A stretch of DNA of 61,396 bases, filler included, from Platydemus manokwari (GCA_037951405.1; 6 parts of 6 records of this genome joined end to end with filler, not necessarily neighbours in it), one strand, 5' to 3'. Counted from the whole stretch's first letter, positions 25,301 through 41,083 are shown. Notes: generated by a model from the sequence alone, not told the origin. Numbers and translations are program-made.

Positions 25301-28300
25301 AACAGTAATCAGTCAGCATTGTTGGATTAAGAAGAATAATCAATAAACAAATTTATTTTTTAAATTATCTAAAAATAGAACGAAAGGTGAAAACAGAATT
25401 TTAAGTGTTTATAAATAGAACAGCAAAATAATAATATCTAAAAATAGAAACGACAGATAAAAAGAGATGAGAATATTAGACCAAAAAGACAAAGGTAGAT
25501 AGAAAAATATTATAAAAAGAAAAGGGAACGGCATAAAAAAGGCAATATAAATAAGACCAACAATAACGACAACACACACAAAATGACTGCGGGACATTTA
25601 AGCATCTAACACATCTACATCCATTTAACTCTATATAATAATAAATAAACTAAACCCACCCGGTCATTGTATCATAATTAATAATTGTATTAGAATTAAA
25701 ATTAATTGTTTGAATAATTATATTTTTATTTTATCTATTCATATTTTATTATCCATTTATCGGAGGCAGATTAATAAATAAAATCAATAATTATCATAAA
25801 ATTTTCAAGCTATTCCGATCTATTTTATATCAAATATTTTATCAAGACATTTTAGAATACAACAAAATTGATTAAGTGATATCAGTGTTTGTCGTATTTT
25901 TAAGGATTTGCTACATTTTTTCTCCTTGTAATTAATTGGTTAGACTTCAGATATTTACGATAGTTTCACAGTAATCGAAGGTGAATGTGTGTGTGTGTCT
26001 CAAATTATTTAACTTTTCGTTTTAAAATTAATAATTCTCAGAATTCTCAATATTCTGGAGTTATCAAAAAATCTAAAACAGCATCTTTAACATCATCTAT
26101 CTATCATTTTTACAACTTCGTGAGCACAGAAATAAAGCTAATAAATTCGCTTATAACCCAATCAATTTTCTTAACGCAATATGAACAACAGAAATGCTTC
26201 ACGAAACTCTCCACAATTACAAGCACTTACAACATCAACTCATATCGTCATTGTTGGGTTGAAAATCATATAAATAAATATTTTAACTGACACTGTTTTC
26301 ATTTGAATACTTATCGATAATACTCATCATGAATGTTCGGGTAGAAAATGTCTTACTTCAATAAATTTAAATGGAATAATATCTTTCAAGTGGGGATTTT
26401 TCATCAAAATAATAAAGAGAATATTAAATAAATATAAACGAGATCCCCTTGATTGTGTGATGTGAAAACTAGTGGCTAGGATCATAATTATTCTACAACG
26501 TAAGGAATATTGAATATGTAATTCTTTATCTATTTACTTCATCACTTTCTAAGTAGAATATCATTTTGAATATCATTATTGTGGTAAAAAATAAAAAAAA
26601 AGACTTATGATCTGTAAGTCAAAGCTAATACATATTTTCGTAGATTTTTCAATATCTCAAGAATCATTTATCAATTCCAATTTTTATCTCATTGTTATTA
26701 TTCGTTTAATATATTAGCACCGGCCAAAAATTGATAAAATATTGTTCCGTTCAGATGTTTAATTCACCACGAATTAACAAACTGGTAACTGACATTTCAC
26801 CATTTCAATGACAGTTGTCATATTTCAGACATTTCCTTCGACGATTTCTCATTGCAATTCATTGACAGTCGCCCATTGGTTCAAATCGGCTTATGACATT
26901 TCCATTTCTGTTTTATTTGGTCTGACTTGTTACCAAGTTTCATTTCACTGATTTATGGTTTAATTTATGAACATTTTCTGCATTGCCAACATGATTTGGA
27001 TTTACTTTTTTATGTTATTTTATGTGTTATTGATATTTTGAGGTGCATTTAAATAAACATAAATCCTAGCCGTATATAGGATTTTCAGATTTTTTATTGT
27101 AAACCGCAATTCACAAAAAATGTTCCAAATAATTCCTTTAAAAATCATGAGCAAGTGATGTTAGTAATATTCTGTTGATAAATATTTATAAAATTTTCTA
27201 CATTTTATTAATCTATTTGTGTTTTTGTTGTAACTATTACATGGAATATGTCCAATGTCCATTTGGCCAAACAACGATAAAGTAACGTTTAAAGTCTAAA
27301 AGAAAGTTTAGAATATTTGATGCTACTCTTTAATAAAATACGTGTCAAATACTAAATAAGACGTTCAACAAACAAAAGTATATTTTTTTCAAAGTATTTA
27401 TTCAAATTATTCAAACATTATTTAAACGTTTTTTTTATGATTCAAAATCAACGTTACTAATTAATTATTTGTTAAATTCCCTTATCCCTTTTTCTTCAAA
27501 AATCTTTGACATTTTCGACATATGTTGTGTTGCAGTGATAATCAACAATTAAACCTGAAAATTATTTTAACTAACATGCTACAAGCTCTATCACAAAAAC
27601 TACAGTTAAACCTATTTTCAAGTCTTCGACAGTCTATCACACAAGATAGCATCAGCACCTAAAAATCAAAAACAGAATAGAAGACAACCAAAAAGACGGA
27701 TTGCTGAAAATCATGTAAATTTAAAAATAATACACAAGTTACCTACCAAACAAGACTAGCTCATGTAACTCAACCACTTTTATAGGCTAACTGAGTGTGT
27801 CTGTAATTGCTGAATTCGTTCATATATCGCTCTGCTTGCAATTTTCCTTGTATCTTTTGTGACACTGATAGATATCTGAGTTTACAGCCATTTGTTTGTG
27901 CTTGTCGACTTTTAACTTCTAAATATGGATTATTATTAGAACAAATCTGTCTACACGTGTGTTTATCGGATCTGTTCAAGTCTATCCTTTTTTGAATTAT
28001 TTCTTTGGTTCCTGTAAACCTTTTGGTTGATTTTGTGATCTACTCAACAGTTGCTATGGAATTATTAATTTTTTACTGTTTTTTGTCAAATTCTCTTTAC
28101 ATATCTATGTATATCCTCTTTTTATCATTCAATGTCTATATGCCTTCTATTTTTCAGTATATTTAAATTACCCGATCATTGATTATTATCCTTATTGAAT
28201 CCAAATGTCACGATCTTCCACCACCAAGTGTATTTAACAATGATAATCAAGTAGGTTATTAAAAGACCTTTTTAAATCACCTATTTTATTTAAAAAGATT

Positions 28301-29745
28301 AAAAATTATTTGTAAAAAATTAAAATCCTTCAAAACTTAATTTCAATTTCTTTAATTTGACTACGATTTAAAGAAGAACTTGAATCCTGAAATATATATT
28401 CGATCATATTATAATACCATGGATTAAAAGATTTTGCAGTATTATGCAGCAATAATAGTAACAATAATAATAATATTAATAATAATAATAACATTAATAA
28501 TAATAATATTATTATAATTAATAATAATAATAAAATAATTAATAATAATAATGATAATAGTTACAATTATGTCCGTANNNNNNNNNNNNNNNNNNNNNNN
28601 NNNNNNNNNNNNNNNNNNNNNTTAATTAATTAANNNNNNNNNNNNNNNNNNNNNNNNNNNNNNNNNNNNNNNNNNNNCTACGTTTTGTATTCGATTATGA
28701 GAAGATCAATACCATAATACATAGAGAAGATACAAGATACAAGCAGTAAATAAAGATTTATATAAGGATAAAAATATAGGGAATTTGATACGGAAAATTG
28801 CTATCTAAGGAAATGTTATCAGCCAAAGGCATTGGTGTATTTATATATTAATATGAATTTTAAAATAATCATATATGTGGGTGGGCGTATTCTACAATTG
28901 GTTTATTTGTATAGATTTGTAAATTCTAATTCTAATTTTATAAGTTAAAATAACAAAAATATGTTATTTGAAATATGCATCTTCTGAACTGATATTATCG
29001 TTTGAAATCCATCAGAAAATTTTATTGATTTTCTTTCATATTGAAATCAATTGAATGAAAATAATTCTAATACACATCTTTTGCAATTAGAATTGTATTG
29101 TAATCCTAAATAATTGTTTTTAAAATTACTTTAACAAGCATTTTTAAAATTAATTAGATTATTATTTGTTTGATAAAATGAGATTATTGGATATAATTAA
29201 ATATCTCAATTTTTCACATTCACTTACTCATTGACTATGTTTCTCGACATTGAGCTTTTCAGATTAAAGTTCGGTGACTTAGACCCATGAGAGAGACAAC
29301 AGTAATAATAACAATAGATAATAACAACTTTTACTGATTGTACCAATCGAACCTTCATTTATTGTAGGAATAGTACTTCACTAACTATCTAACTTATCAG
29401 TGACAAGTGTAAATATTTATTTAACATCAACATATCCATCACAAATAATATTATCATTAATATTTACAACAATATTTCAATACAGCGTTATTAATTTATT
29501 TACTATTTTTTGGACATTGTCAATGTGCTTTTAATCGACTAATGTGAGATAATTTTCTCAACTCGGATTTCTAATATGAATGAAAAATATACTAAAAATT
29601 GCCTCTATAAAAATGGACACAAAGTCATATTTCATTAACGTTCAGAGGTCAGTGATCACTGTTAATCATCGTTCATTAAAAATATTCCAAAAACATTTTT
29701 CGATAATTATTTTAAATGATAAATATAATCACAATTTAATCTTAC

Positions 29746-32700
29746 ATTAACAGTATCGACTTCGGAACCTTCGAAATCCAAGCATTTTTGCAAATATTCT
29801 TTGGCTTCTGAGTTTTTCTTCAACTTTTCGTAGGTCTTCCCAATATATAGATAATTGGGTGCATAAAAACCGGGTTTGACTGGAAAACAAAAACATTAAT
29901 TTTATAAGACATTATCACTATAAATAGATTAGCAAATGGAAATATGGATATTTCTCATCAATTATTAATATATTTTAATTAACTAACGTAAATATTGGTT
30001 GACATAAATATTTACGGTCGCTAAGCAATAATTCAGATTCTAAAATTTTAAATTACTACAACAAGATATAGCACTAATAAATATGAAAAAAATTGTGTTT
30101 GAAGTGATTAATTATAATCTGCCAGGGAAATAATATGTGTGTAACACACAGACTATCTTCAATTGCTGATAAAAATCGGAAGAAATAAATTACCAGAATC
30201 GAAAGAATTGCTTTATTATTATGTTAACCCAACGTATTTTCTAGATTAGATATAAACTCAAAAGGGTAATTCAAAACTTATTAAGTAAATTCTCTTAAAA
30301 TCTTTAACAAATAATGAGAGAATATTTTCATAAAGATTTAAAGACTCAATTCAGATTTTACATAAAGTTATATATTAATTTATTTAAATAATTGTATTTA
30401 AATGTCGTGACTTTCCTGCTTGTTTCCAAAGCATGCTTTATAAAATAGTAATGGCTTACATTAATCATGTGGTGCCTACAAGGTAGTACTGGAAAATATT
30501 ATATAATTCAAAATATTATGAAAAATAAATGGGCTAAAAATTTAATTTCAAAGTTGGGCGATGTTACAGTCTTCGACAACAGCCATAACAAATTGGATCA
30601 CAATTCGACTGGTTAGTTGTTTTCATCATAGTTCAACATGAACAAGGGAAAGTACAAGAACGTTTATGAGTAAGAGTTAGATTTTCTTAGAAATTAATTG
30701 TTTAGAAAACTATAAAAGAAGTCTTTATAAATATCATTGGAAAAGCTGTCGATTAATATAAACGGAAAACTTAACCTTTCTAATGCTATATATATGGTCT
30801 TCAGTTTTATATTCGAAAGATTCTGTTTGATTGATCATGTTTTTACATAACCAAAGTGGTTCAGAAGTGATAAGATCAATTAGTTTTTAAAAACACTTGA
30901 TTTTCTTGAATAAATTGATAATTCTCGAATTCATTTAAAAGGTATTCGAATTCAGTTAATTTCACAAGACCTATTTCAAAAGAAAAGGTTAAAATAACTG
31001 GGTTTACAAAATAACTAATCTAAAAAATTATTCAGGAAATAAGATATCGAAGAGTTACCTTTAACTATGGATTGCTTTATCACTAATTATAATTACTCAA
31101 ACTAGAACTGTCAGTCTATTATTGTCTATTTCTTCTAAATTATGTATTTTCTCTTCGATTGGCTAAGCCACATTCGTTAAAATGAAAAATTAATTTTTAA
31201 ATATTTTTATTAATGCTAAACGAAACAAATTACAAAGAAAATGAATTTTTCATTAGAAAATTAAACGAAATGTTAACAGTGTTCGACTGTACTTTTGTTT
31301 CATTAAAATATATTGATGGAATAATCTACAAGATAAAAGCACACACACACACATTATTATTACGTCACCACACTTGAAATTGCACAATAGTCCGAATAAA
31401 AATGTCTTAGTGACAGATTAAATTCAAATCCAATATTTTTTGATTAAAATTTGTTATTATTATATAAAAATATATTTATAAAAACCATTGCAGAGTTATA
31501 AATTTTACCTTTCTCCGCCGCCAAAAGATACTCAAGAGCCTGGAATTATATTGCAATTAAATTTTTCACATTTTACAAAAGATTATCAACAAAAAATTTG
31601 CAAGCAAGCTATCTTATCGCAAATAGTGAGAGTAGAGGATTTTATATACAGTTTTACTACACCGCTAATTATGGATTTATTATTCAAGAAAGGAACTGTT
31701 GTTTTTCCCACAAAAAATAATAAACATAGTTAATTAATCTTAATGGGGATTTCTGTGCGTGGATTTTAGATAATTTGAATCACATGATAACGTTTAATTT
31801 ATAATTTGCAATTGAAACGAATAATTTCCACATACCATAAATATTCCGTTTGTTTTAATATGATAAATTCAATAAATGTCTGTGGCTATGAATCATAAAC
31901 GATACATGCCATGACGAGGTATATGAATTGTATTGATTCTGTGTGTGTGTGTGTGCGATGCAAGTCCAAATTTACGTTTCATTGACAAATAAATATAATA
32001 GGATAAATTTGGCAGAGAAATATTCTGTAAAAAACTCATAAGAATGAAAAATGATTTTGGGAATATCTTATAAATAACAAATTCTTTTTAATGGATAGCT
32101 TAAATTTAACACATTTGATCGCATTTCTTATTAATAATTCTAAAGGAAATTAAACTTTTATTTACAATATTTATTTTAACGTATCGGTAGAGTCAAAACA
32201 ATGATTATAATACTAATAAGAACTTTTCCAATGTTTTCACATTGAATATAAAATTGTTCATATTTTCAAGATCAATGCATTAATAAATGGCCCTTTATTA
32301 TATTTGAGGTGATTAAAGTCCAAATTTGACATTTATCGATATCAATGAGTGACCCGATTTATTGATGAAAGTTTATTTTTTAAAATTTCGAGATATTTCC
32401 ATTTTACAGTACTTAAATATAATATTAATCCGTCATATATATTTGGTTGGATTGATATTGACAAGTATCGGGTTTATAGATTTAATTCTGTTTATGTTTC
32501 ACTGAATCCTGCTTTAACTAATCTTGAATTTACGCCACTTTCAAATATACCAAGTCATATAATACATTTGAGAGATTGATATGATGTTTTGGTAATTTTT
32601 CGAATATTTTGTGTTATATGATAGTTATTTCAGATTATCTTAAATTTTTTATTTTTATAATCTTATAATAGCATCATTACAATATGATTACTATTTTTAA

Positions 32701-33326
32701 TATCTTAATTCACAGAAACATGACAATAATTCTTTAAAAGAACAGATTCGACAATAAACTATTTGTGATTTTTGAAAACTATAAATAGAAAAAGTCTGTA
32801 AAATTCTTGCTCGATTAGAATATGGATTGAATTCTATTCATTGGTTTAAAAACAGTGACAGAATAACACCTTTCGTGAATGAGATCTTGAAAAATTATTT
32901 GAAGAAGATACTGTTAAATACCTTTAATTCTAGTTCTAAATAACTAAATGTGAACGGCACTAACTACGAACCACGGTTGAAAATTTTTTCAAATATTTAT
33001 AACCGAAGTTGTAGTCTTTTCACGCATAATATGTTTAATCTAATGCAGGAAATAGGACCTTATATATAATAGTTATTGAAATAAAAATATCTTTTGCAAT
33101 ATTAATAATAACATTATACAGTCAGTTGTTAAAAAGGAGGAAAGACGAAGTGGCCATGAAAATAAATTTAAATTTTAATCCAAAGAATAAAATTATATAA
33201 TACAATACATTACAATGTCTATAATTAACAAGTCTAACTTCTTCGAATGTAGACGTTGGTGGGGTGGCAAAAAACGTAGCAGCTAATTTCCGATTGATCC
33301 AGCTCAATGCCGAAACTTCATAACAC
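29746..33326 (-). CDS. RMDN1: Regulator of microtubule dynamics (RMD1/RMDN family, TPR-like), partial. Exons 33326-33239, 31539-31509, 29879-29746
   Basis: Phase-compatible GT-AG exons give (W)CYEVSALSWINRKLAATFFATPPTSTFEE / ALEYLLAAEK(V) / KPGFYAPNYLYIGKTYEKLKKNSEAKEYLQKCLDFEGSEVDTVN, matching the RMDN C-terminal region. The 5' exons and last exon were not located, and the paralogue number is uncertain. Confidence 0.85.
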
Positions 33327-34173
33327 CTGAAAACCGTCAGATATAAAAATTCAGCTAATCAAAAACAAAATATACAAAGAATGTGTAATTATTTTTATTT
33401 ATGATGGCTAATGGGGGTGGGAAGTATAATCAAGTGTTAGAAAGGCAAATTCGACATGAAAACAAAGGCCGAAAAACAAACTGAAAAATAATAATTTTCC
33501 AAACTTTAATGTGTAGATAATAAATTTAATTTACAACTATTATAATTTATATAAAATGTTTATGAAAATCGCCGAAATATAAATTATAATATAAATTATA
33601 AAGAAATAATATATAAAATATCAGGATTTGTTAAAACAATATTTTAAAATTTTCAATCAAATACCAAAGGTTTCCACCAATTTAAGGCTTTTATTCCCAA
33701 GTTTGATATGCTTTATTTAATTATTTTATGTTATAAATTATCTCTAGAATAAAAATACAACATATCAATAATAATAATAATAAAATAATTATTATTAAAT
33801 ATCAATTACTCCTGGTATAGATGCTATCTGCATAACAATGTTGAATAAATAGGCTTTAAAATATTATTGTCTCACATTAAAACAAATCAGTGAATCGATA
33901 CGTAAAAAAGAAAACAGTTAATAACATCAAACTGTAAAACCAGCTTTGTCAGTTGATGTTAATTCGGTGAAGATTTGTATTAAATACGAATTTAAGAATT
34001 ACAAAACGATTACCTTTTAATCACAACATTCAAACAAATTATAAAAATATTTGTGATGATTGATCATGGATAATTATTTTGATATAAATTTATTTTTCAA
34101 ATCAATTATTAAAAATTATTTGTCATAATTTCATAATCTTCACAAATTGTATTGAAGAACTGAACGTTATTAA

Positions 34174-34244
34174 CGCATTGACGGACAGTAGGAACAAATG
34201 CAGTTCGAAATTGACGGTTATAGACGCAAGTGTCCGTCAACGTG
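34174..34244. mobile_element. 71-bp piggyBac-type MITE
   Basis: TTAA on both sides (34170-34173 and 34245-34248). 14-bp TIRs CGCATTGACGGACA and TGTCCGTCAACGTG match at 12/14. Confidence 0.7.
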
Positions 34245-36322
34245 TTAATATTAAATTGAATCTTTACAAAATTTAATATACATCAACTCATCTCATAATT
34301 CAAATTCAAGTAGATAATTTGATTTACAAACAATGCCATTTAAAAAATCTTCACAGATTTAAGCGATAAAGTTTAGTCAAACTAATATCTTATGATAATA
34401 AATATCATAATTTAGGATTATATAATATCTACACAATAACACACGCATACATATATACATATATCAATTAATTAATTAGTTCTTAAATACCAAATAGGAA
34501 TTTAGAAACAACGCATCACGAAATTGATACAAATAAAACAATAAGATCGATTCCATTGACTGTAGACAGGTTTAATCCGGTATCTAAAATAATCAAACGA
34601 GTAGCAACCAATCACAAACGAATAAACTAGATCCAACGGCCTAGATATTAAAATGATGTCTAAAATTAATTACAAATATTTTTCGATCGCTAAGGAAATC
34701 GATAACTCTAGTGCAATGGTTGTTTTTCAAATTAGTTTTCATTGAAATAGAAAATTAATATGTTTAAAAAGTGTATTTGCTGTAGAAAATGATTATTCGA
34801 AACAAAATTTTCCTCGTCACAAATGATTCAGAATTCCCCAAATTATGATTTATAAAAAATGCAAATCTTATGCAATTCATTCGTGAAGAAAATTAGTGCT
34901 TTGTAATTTTGATTTACTATTAAATGAGACGTTAATTGTCAAACAAACATCTATCAAATTCATTTGAAATGTTCATATAAACAATTTCCTGTTAAAGCGC
35001 GTAATTTCAAATACAAATATTAGAGTCACATCTGAATAGAAAATAATATAAATAGACAATATTTTTTTCATTTTTTTGACCTATTTTTATTTATTCTTCC
35101 AGACATGTCTACGTTTTGTTTTCTTTGAATTTTTATGTTTTATATTTGTCACTAATATTTTTAAAATTTAAATGTATTGATTTATGAATATGATTAAATA
35201 AATAGTTTCTTGGGAATAACTCCGTACCAGTTAATGACATAAAAATCGATTTAAGTTTCTTATTATGTGCAATGTCTATTGGAAATGTAAAATGCCCTTG
35301 ATATCATTTGGAATATTTAAATGAATCGCTTCTGTAATGTATTGAAATATCTTGATGACACTACGAAATCAGGCATCAACATTTTCAATAAACGATATTT
35401 CAAAGATTCTAATGTTAAAATATGTATGTTTAGCTTACTCCATGACTGGGAAATATTAGATATCAATACAGATTTTCAAATAAATCTAATGTTGTCTCAC
35501 ACTCTTATTTTATGTTGAATGATTTCGATTGTTGAGATTAATAAATTATCATGGAAAATATAATGAAAACTAAATATTTTGTTGAAAAATAAAATATGAT
35601 TGGTTGTATTCGTTCGACAGTAGGTAAGAATAGAAGATTTGGATTAGCATTGAAATTATCGAGAGATAAGATGATTCCATAAACTGTATCCAACTTTAAT
35701 CATCATATTGACAAACAGGAAGTATATAGATTTCCAGATAGAAATTTGGAATGCAGGAAGATAATAATAATCATTTATGATAATAATTGATGATGTAATA
35801 TTATTGTAATGTGACTTATATTGTGACTTATATACAGTATAAATTGTCATTTTACATAAATAAATATTGCGATATAATGACATAGAAATCAATCAAGCAC
35901 TATATTTTTAAATTATTACTTCACTATAATTTCAGTTTTCAACACATATAAGTGCATTTAGAATACTATAAATCTATTATTTAGAATACTATTATTTAGA
36001 ATACAATCAGAAAAATATTTATTGCATTCTTGGACAATCAGCACAGAATAACGTGAGATCATTGTTAGCGAAGGTCAAAAACCAGAAATATAATGCGAGA
36101 AGTGATGATTAATAAATGGGGACTAAAGAATATGATTAATAATAATTTATATGGGATGCAATAAAAATAATAACAGAATAAATAAAATATAAATATCAGT
36201 GATAATAATTATAAAATAATAATAATAATAATAATAATAATGGATAAATAATTATCAAGAAAATAAGCAATTAATAACGATCTTGGATAAATGACAATAA
36301 TTCTAACAGCAAAAATAGTAAC

Positions 36323-36362
<40 letters not shown>

Positions 36363-38369
36363 TAATAATAATAACAATAATAATAAAAGCAATAATAATA
36401 AATAAATAAATGATTATTTTATAAATAAAAAATATGATGAAACTGATAAAAATAACGAAATATGAAATCCCTAATGGTCAAAAGAAAGATTGTACAGGAA
36501 AATTAATCTTGTGATTTTGATATCCCACGATTAAAGAGGCCATAATCACATGAAATTATAAAATATAATTTATTTAATTATGACATTATTTCGATTGAAG
36601 TGATGAGACTGCAATTTCGATTAATCTTCCTCAACGATAATTCATTAATTTCAATCATTTATCATTAGCATTAACGAATTTTATCATGATTACGAAATCT
36701 TCGAGAACAAATAAAAATTTATTTCCTCACATTCGACTGACAACTTTAAAACAAATCAGTCAGGGTATGAAATGGAAGACTTTTTTTCCTACTTCTTTCT
36801 CTCTCCGACAATTTCCACAAGAACTTTCATCATTTTTTCAAATAGATACAAAACCGAGCAATTCATCGAAATTAACGTGAATTTATTTTCTTATCAATTT
36901 ATTCAATTTTCTTTTTAATTTCCCCAAAGACGAGAGCTAATCTTCATGGGATGAGAAAATGAAATTTTTTTCCCCGAAATAACCCACAGAAAATATAAAG
37001 CAATAATTATGGGTATGCCAGATTTTCTCATTTTCCATTCCGATTTTTTTTGTCTTATTTTAGAATTTCAACCCATTCCATTTCATTGATATAGGTTTTT
37101 CAACCCAGTAAAATATCGATTTTTCCAATCCGTTTAAGTTAGCAAAAATAAATGCTTGAAAACGGAAATTAAAGTTTCATTGTAGTCACTTTGAATATCA
37201 GCTGTCACAATATATATTGGGAAATAATTGATTAATTATCTATTTTGTTTATTCGCATGAAAATATACTTTTACTGCCATGACGACGATTATTCTGTCGA
37301 TCGATTTAACTGATGATATAGGTGTGTTTCAATGTAAAATACATACGTACCAATGAAAGAGATCGATAAATATTTTCATTTCGCTTTTTTGTCTGAGGTC
37401 TCAGCGAGAAAGATAAGCTGACAGAGAATACTTATCGATGTTCTGTGTAAAACCATCAAGTAAAAGATGAATTTTTCTGGTATCAACAACGAAAGGATAT
37501 TTTTAGCAAAGAAATATTTATGGATGGTACACCTGAATTCGATTTTAATAATTTCAGTCATGTCGCTATAGTATTATAAGTGACCGATGTGCCCATAATA
37601 ACAGCTTGTATATATTCCGTTTTCAGTAGAGGTCTTGTGAACAATCAATTTGAATTTCACTGAAATATTTCTTACTTTAATATTTGAAAAGTATAATATC
37701 CTTTAAACAAATGTGGTCAAATTTGATTGGTTAAAATGATGCATACAGTTGTAAGATAATTTTTCAAACATTTCCATAAAAAATTGATAAGAAATAATTA
37801 AAAATAAATTCAAAGTTGTTGTTTGATTGATTTCGAGCGGTAACAAACAACATAACTAGAGAATTTGAATAATGGTATAGTATTGAGCTTTTAATCCATC
37901 CTTCAAGCAATTTTAATGATCATTTTAGAAAACTAAGTTAATATCAATGTCAGGTTAAATATGTTATTTTCCAATTAACGGTGCGGATAATGTCTACCCA
38001 GTTTGTCAGTAACTTTATGTATAGAATTAGCATTGAAATTTTAGAGTTACTTTTGATTTCGTACTCGTCTTAATCCAGATACAGGCCGTCATGTTCAAGT
38101 ACTTTCAATCTCAACATTATTAATAATATTTATCTTATTCCAAACTACTAAAAATAATACCAAAAATCAATCATGTCCACAGTGCCCAATTGATTACGAA
38201 GATTCTGAAAACGAACTAGGCAAAATATAAACGAAAATATGTAACGTTGCAATTATCAAAATGGCCACGAGTAAAGTTATTTTGGATAATCAATGTAAGA
38301 ATATTAAATTGATCTAAATTTGTAAAGATTTAATTTTATTTAAAATCATATTTGATATAAAATTATATC

Positions 38370-38462
38370 GATTTGTTTAAAAAATTGTATTTAAATAGAA
38401 TTTGATGTCATGACTTTACAGTTCGTTTTCAATACGTGGTTTTTAATATTAGCAGCTGTTTA
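38370..38462 (+). repeat. Dispersed repeat family B copy
   Basis: Similar to 4690-4782 (atttaaataga.tttg.tgtc..gtggtttttaa..tagcagct). Confidence 0.65.
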
Positions 38463-41083
38463 CAATCAATATACAGGCAGATGATTAAAACATAAAAATC
38501 AATAAGACCAAAATCATTTTATAATAAATAGAAAAGCTTATATTTTACCATTTCAAGGAAATAGATGACCGATATAAATAATTGTCGATGGAGAAATATT
38601 ATTAACACGAAAACATTTATCATCTAAAAATAATTCTTATCGAAAATAATGAGGTTATTGATTTCTGCTGATATTTTGTGGTGATAAAAATATTTGACGA
38701 TGAACATCTAATAAAATAATTGACAAAATCTGCCAAAATTGCTTCCACAAATCTGCAGATTGTTACAGAACATTTCAAATTTTCATTAGCAGCATGATTT
38801 TTCAGATTTTTAATTAATTCGTATTCATTATCCCATCAATAATTGATGCAATAAATTCCACAGAACTGTGAAACGATATTTGATTACAAAATTTATCGAA
38901 CAATTGTGAACATGTTGGAGGAATATATATTTTACCCGATTTGTTTTAATTAATGGAACTTATTATTGAAAAAAATCGATAATTTTATATAGTGAATTTT
39001 GAAAAACATAATTTTGAATTACAAAAAGTCATTTATCTCAAATAATTCCTCATTGATAACTCCAAACAACTTTCTTTAATCTCCTTTCTTTTGTGAATAT
39101 TCGTCATCGATTGAAACAAAATTTGTTTTTCCAATAGATTTTAAGGGCAATGATTTTGGGAAAAATTGGCTTTTTGATATTCATTATGATTAGTATCAAT
39201 GGTTTGTGTAATTCTCTGGGGAGTATTAGTTTATGTTTCGGAAAATATGTTTGCTTCTTCTATTTAAGATATTATTCGAATATAATTTTCGAATACGGTC
39301 TATCATTGTCATGACAAGCATATAATATCGATGTAAATACCAGTTCAATTGGCATATACTGATCCAATTGTATGAAGATTATGACAAAACAAGGATTTTA
39401 AATGTTTTAAATAAAAAAATCTCGCATGCATGATTTAGGACATTATCAGTGAGATTGTTATCAGAAGATAATTCGTCCAACAACGACATATTATGAGAAT
39501 CGAATCTTTGAAACTAAAACATCAATTTGTTTTAGTGTAATATTTTGTTAAGATCCCCTCATGGCTTCATGGTACAATCTTTATGTTTATTTTATTTAAA
39601 ATATTATCAGATTTTTTATGTGGTCTGTGATGTCTGGTAAATCTTATCGATTTTTGTCTGTGATCAATATTACAATAGTTTTCTAAAAACCAGAAAATCT
39701 CGGTATATGAATAATATAATATTATCAGTAATACTGCAATTTTTTAAAAATAAAATAAAAACGACATACCAGTAGTTAAATATGTTTCGAAGAGAGAAAA
39801 ATATAATGATAAAACAAACATTAACACTCCGGAAATCCAGAGCTTGAGTTCTGTTCCAAATTGAAAAACTAAGAACAAAATAATAATATAATCGATTTGA
39901 AATTGGTTTCGGATTGCCTTTGGATCAATATTTTGGACATGTTCTATTTTTAATACTTTTACATCTTTTAAATGAGTCATTCTATTGTGGAATTAGAGTT
40001 TGTAGACGGGTTTCACTTTTAGAAAATTATTTCACAATGGTCAACCACCGTTGAATTCATTATCAGATGTTATTTAGAAAATGACAGTTTATACCTGATT
40101 TTCGTATGATGCAAAATGCGCAATGACTTAGCAATAGCGTCGTTTTCAAGGTAAGACATGGCAAATGTAATGTAAATACTGTGATCAAAAACAGAGAATA
40201 ATGATTTTAAATTTAGGATATTTTCGTGCATTTAGTGCAGCTGAAAGATTGTAAAAGTACGTAAAACTAGTAATACGATTGGTGCATTTGTTTTTTGTAC
40301 TATTTAAGTAAAAGCGCTATTAAATAAAAGTAACGGATGTTTGTCATATGACCATAAGGAATTTCTGAGTTGGAATGTCACCTGAAATGACGGGACTTAC
40401 TCCTAGCATGATATTTGTAAGATGGCACAATTTTACAAAGCTTGCACTGAAAGCAGGCTGAAAAAGTCATGATATCAAATTATCTATTTATGCAAAATCG
40501 TCTAAACGAATTTATATCTTTTGATATCAGTTTTTAGAATCTTTAAATTAAAATGTTTAAATCCTCACAATATTAATTAAATCACTTTCTAAGGTTGAAC
40601 CCCGTATACTTTCTAAAATATAAAAATTTCTGTTTGTTTAATCAGTATGTTGTTACTTAGGATATAACATGGATATAAAATGGATCAAAACAACTCAATA
40701 ATATGTAGAAATCAATGAATTTCGAATTGTAAATAGATCTGACTCCATTAAATAATGGATGCGAATAAATAAAATATAATTAAAAATACATTGATTACAA
40801 TTTTTAAAAACAAATATTGATTTCAATAATGATACAATTATTAATTAGATCATTTTCAATAAGTACCTTATAATATGGTAGTGGTTTACAAGATAACTAC
40901 GCATTTGGATTCCATTCTGAGAAGATATATGAGATAAAATCATACATGAGCAGGAGAAAGACATAAAAATTATATGAAGAAGNNNNNNNNNNNNNNNNNN
41001 NNNNNNNNNNNNNNNNNNNNNNNNNNTTAATTAATTAANNNNNNNNNNNNNNNNNNNNNNNNNNNNNNNNNNNNNNNNNNNNA

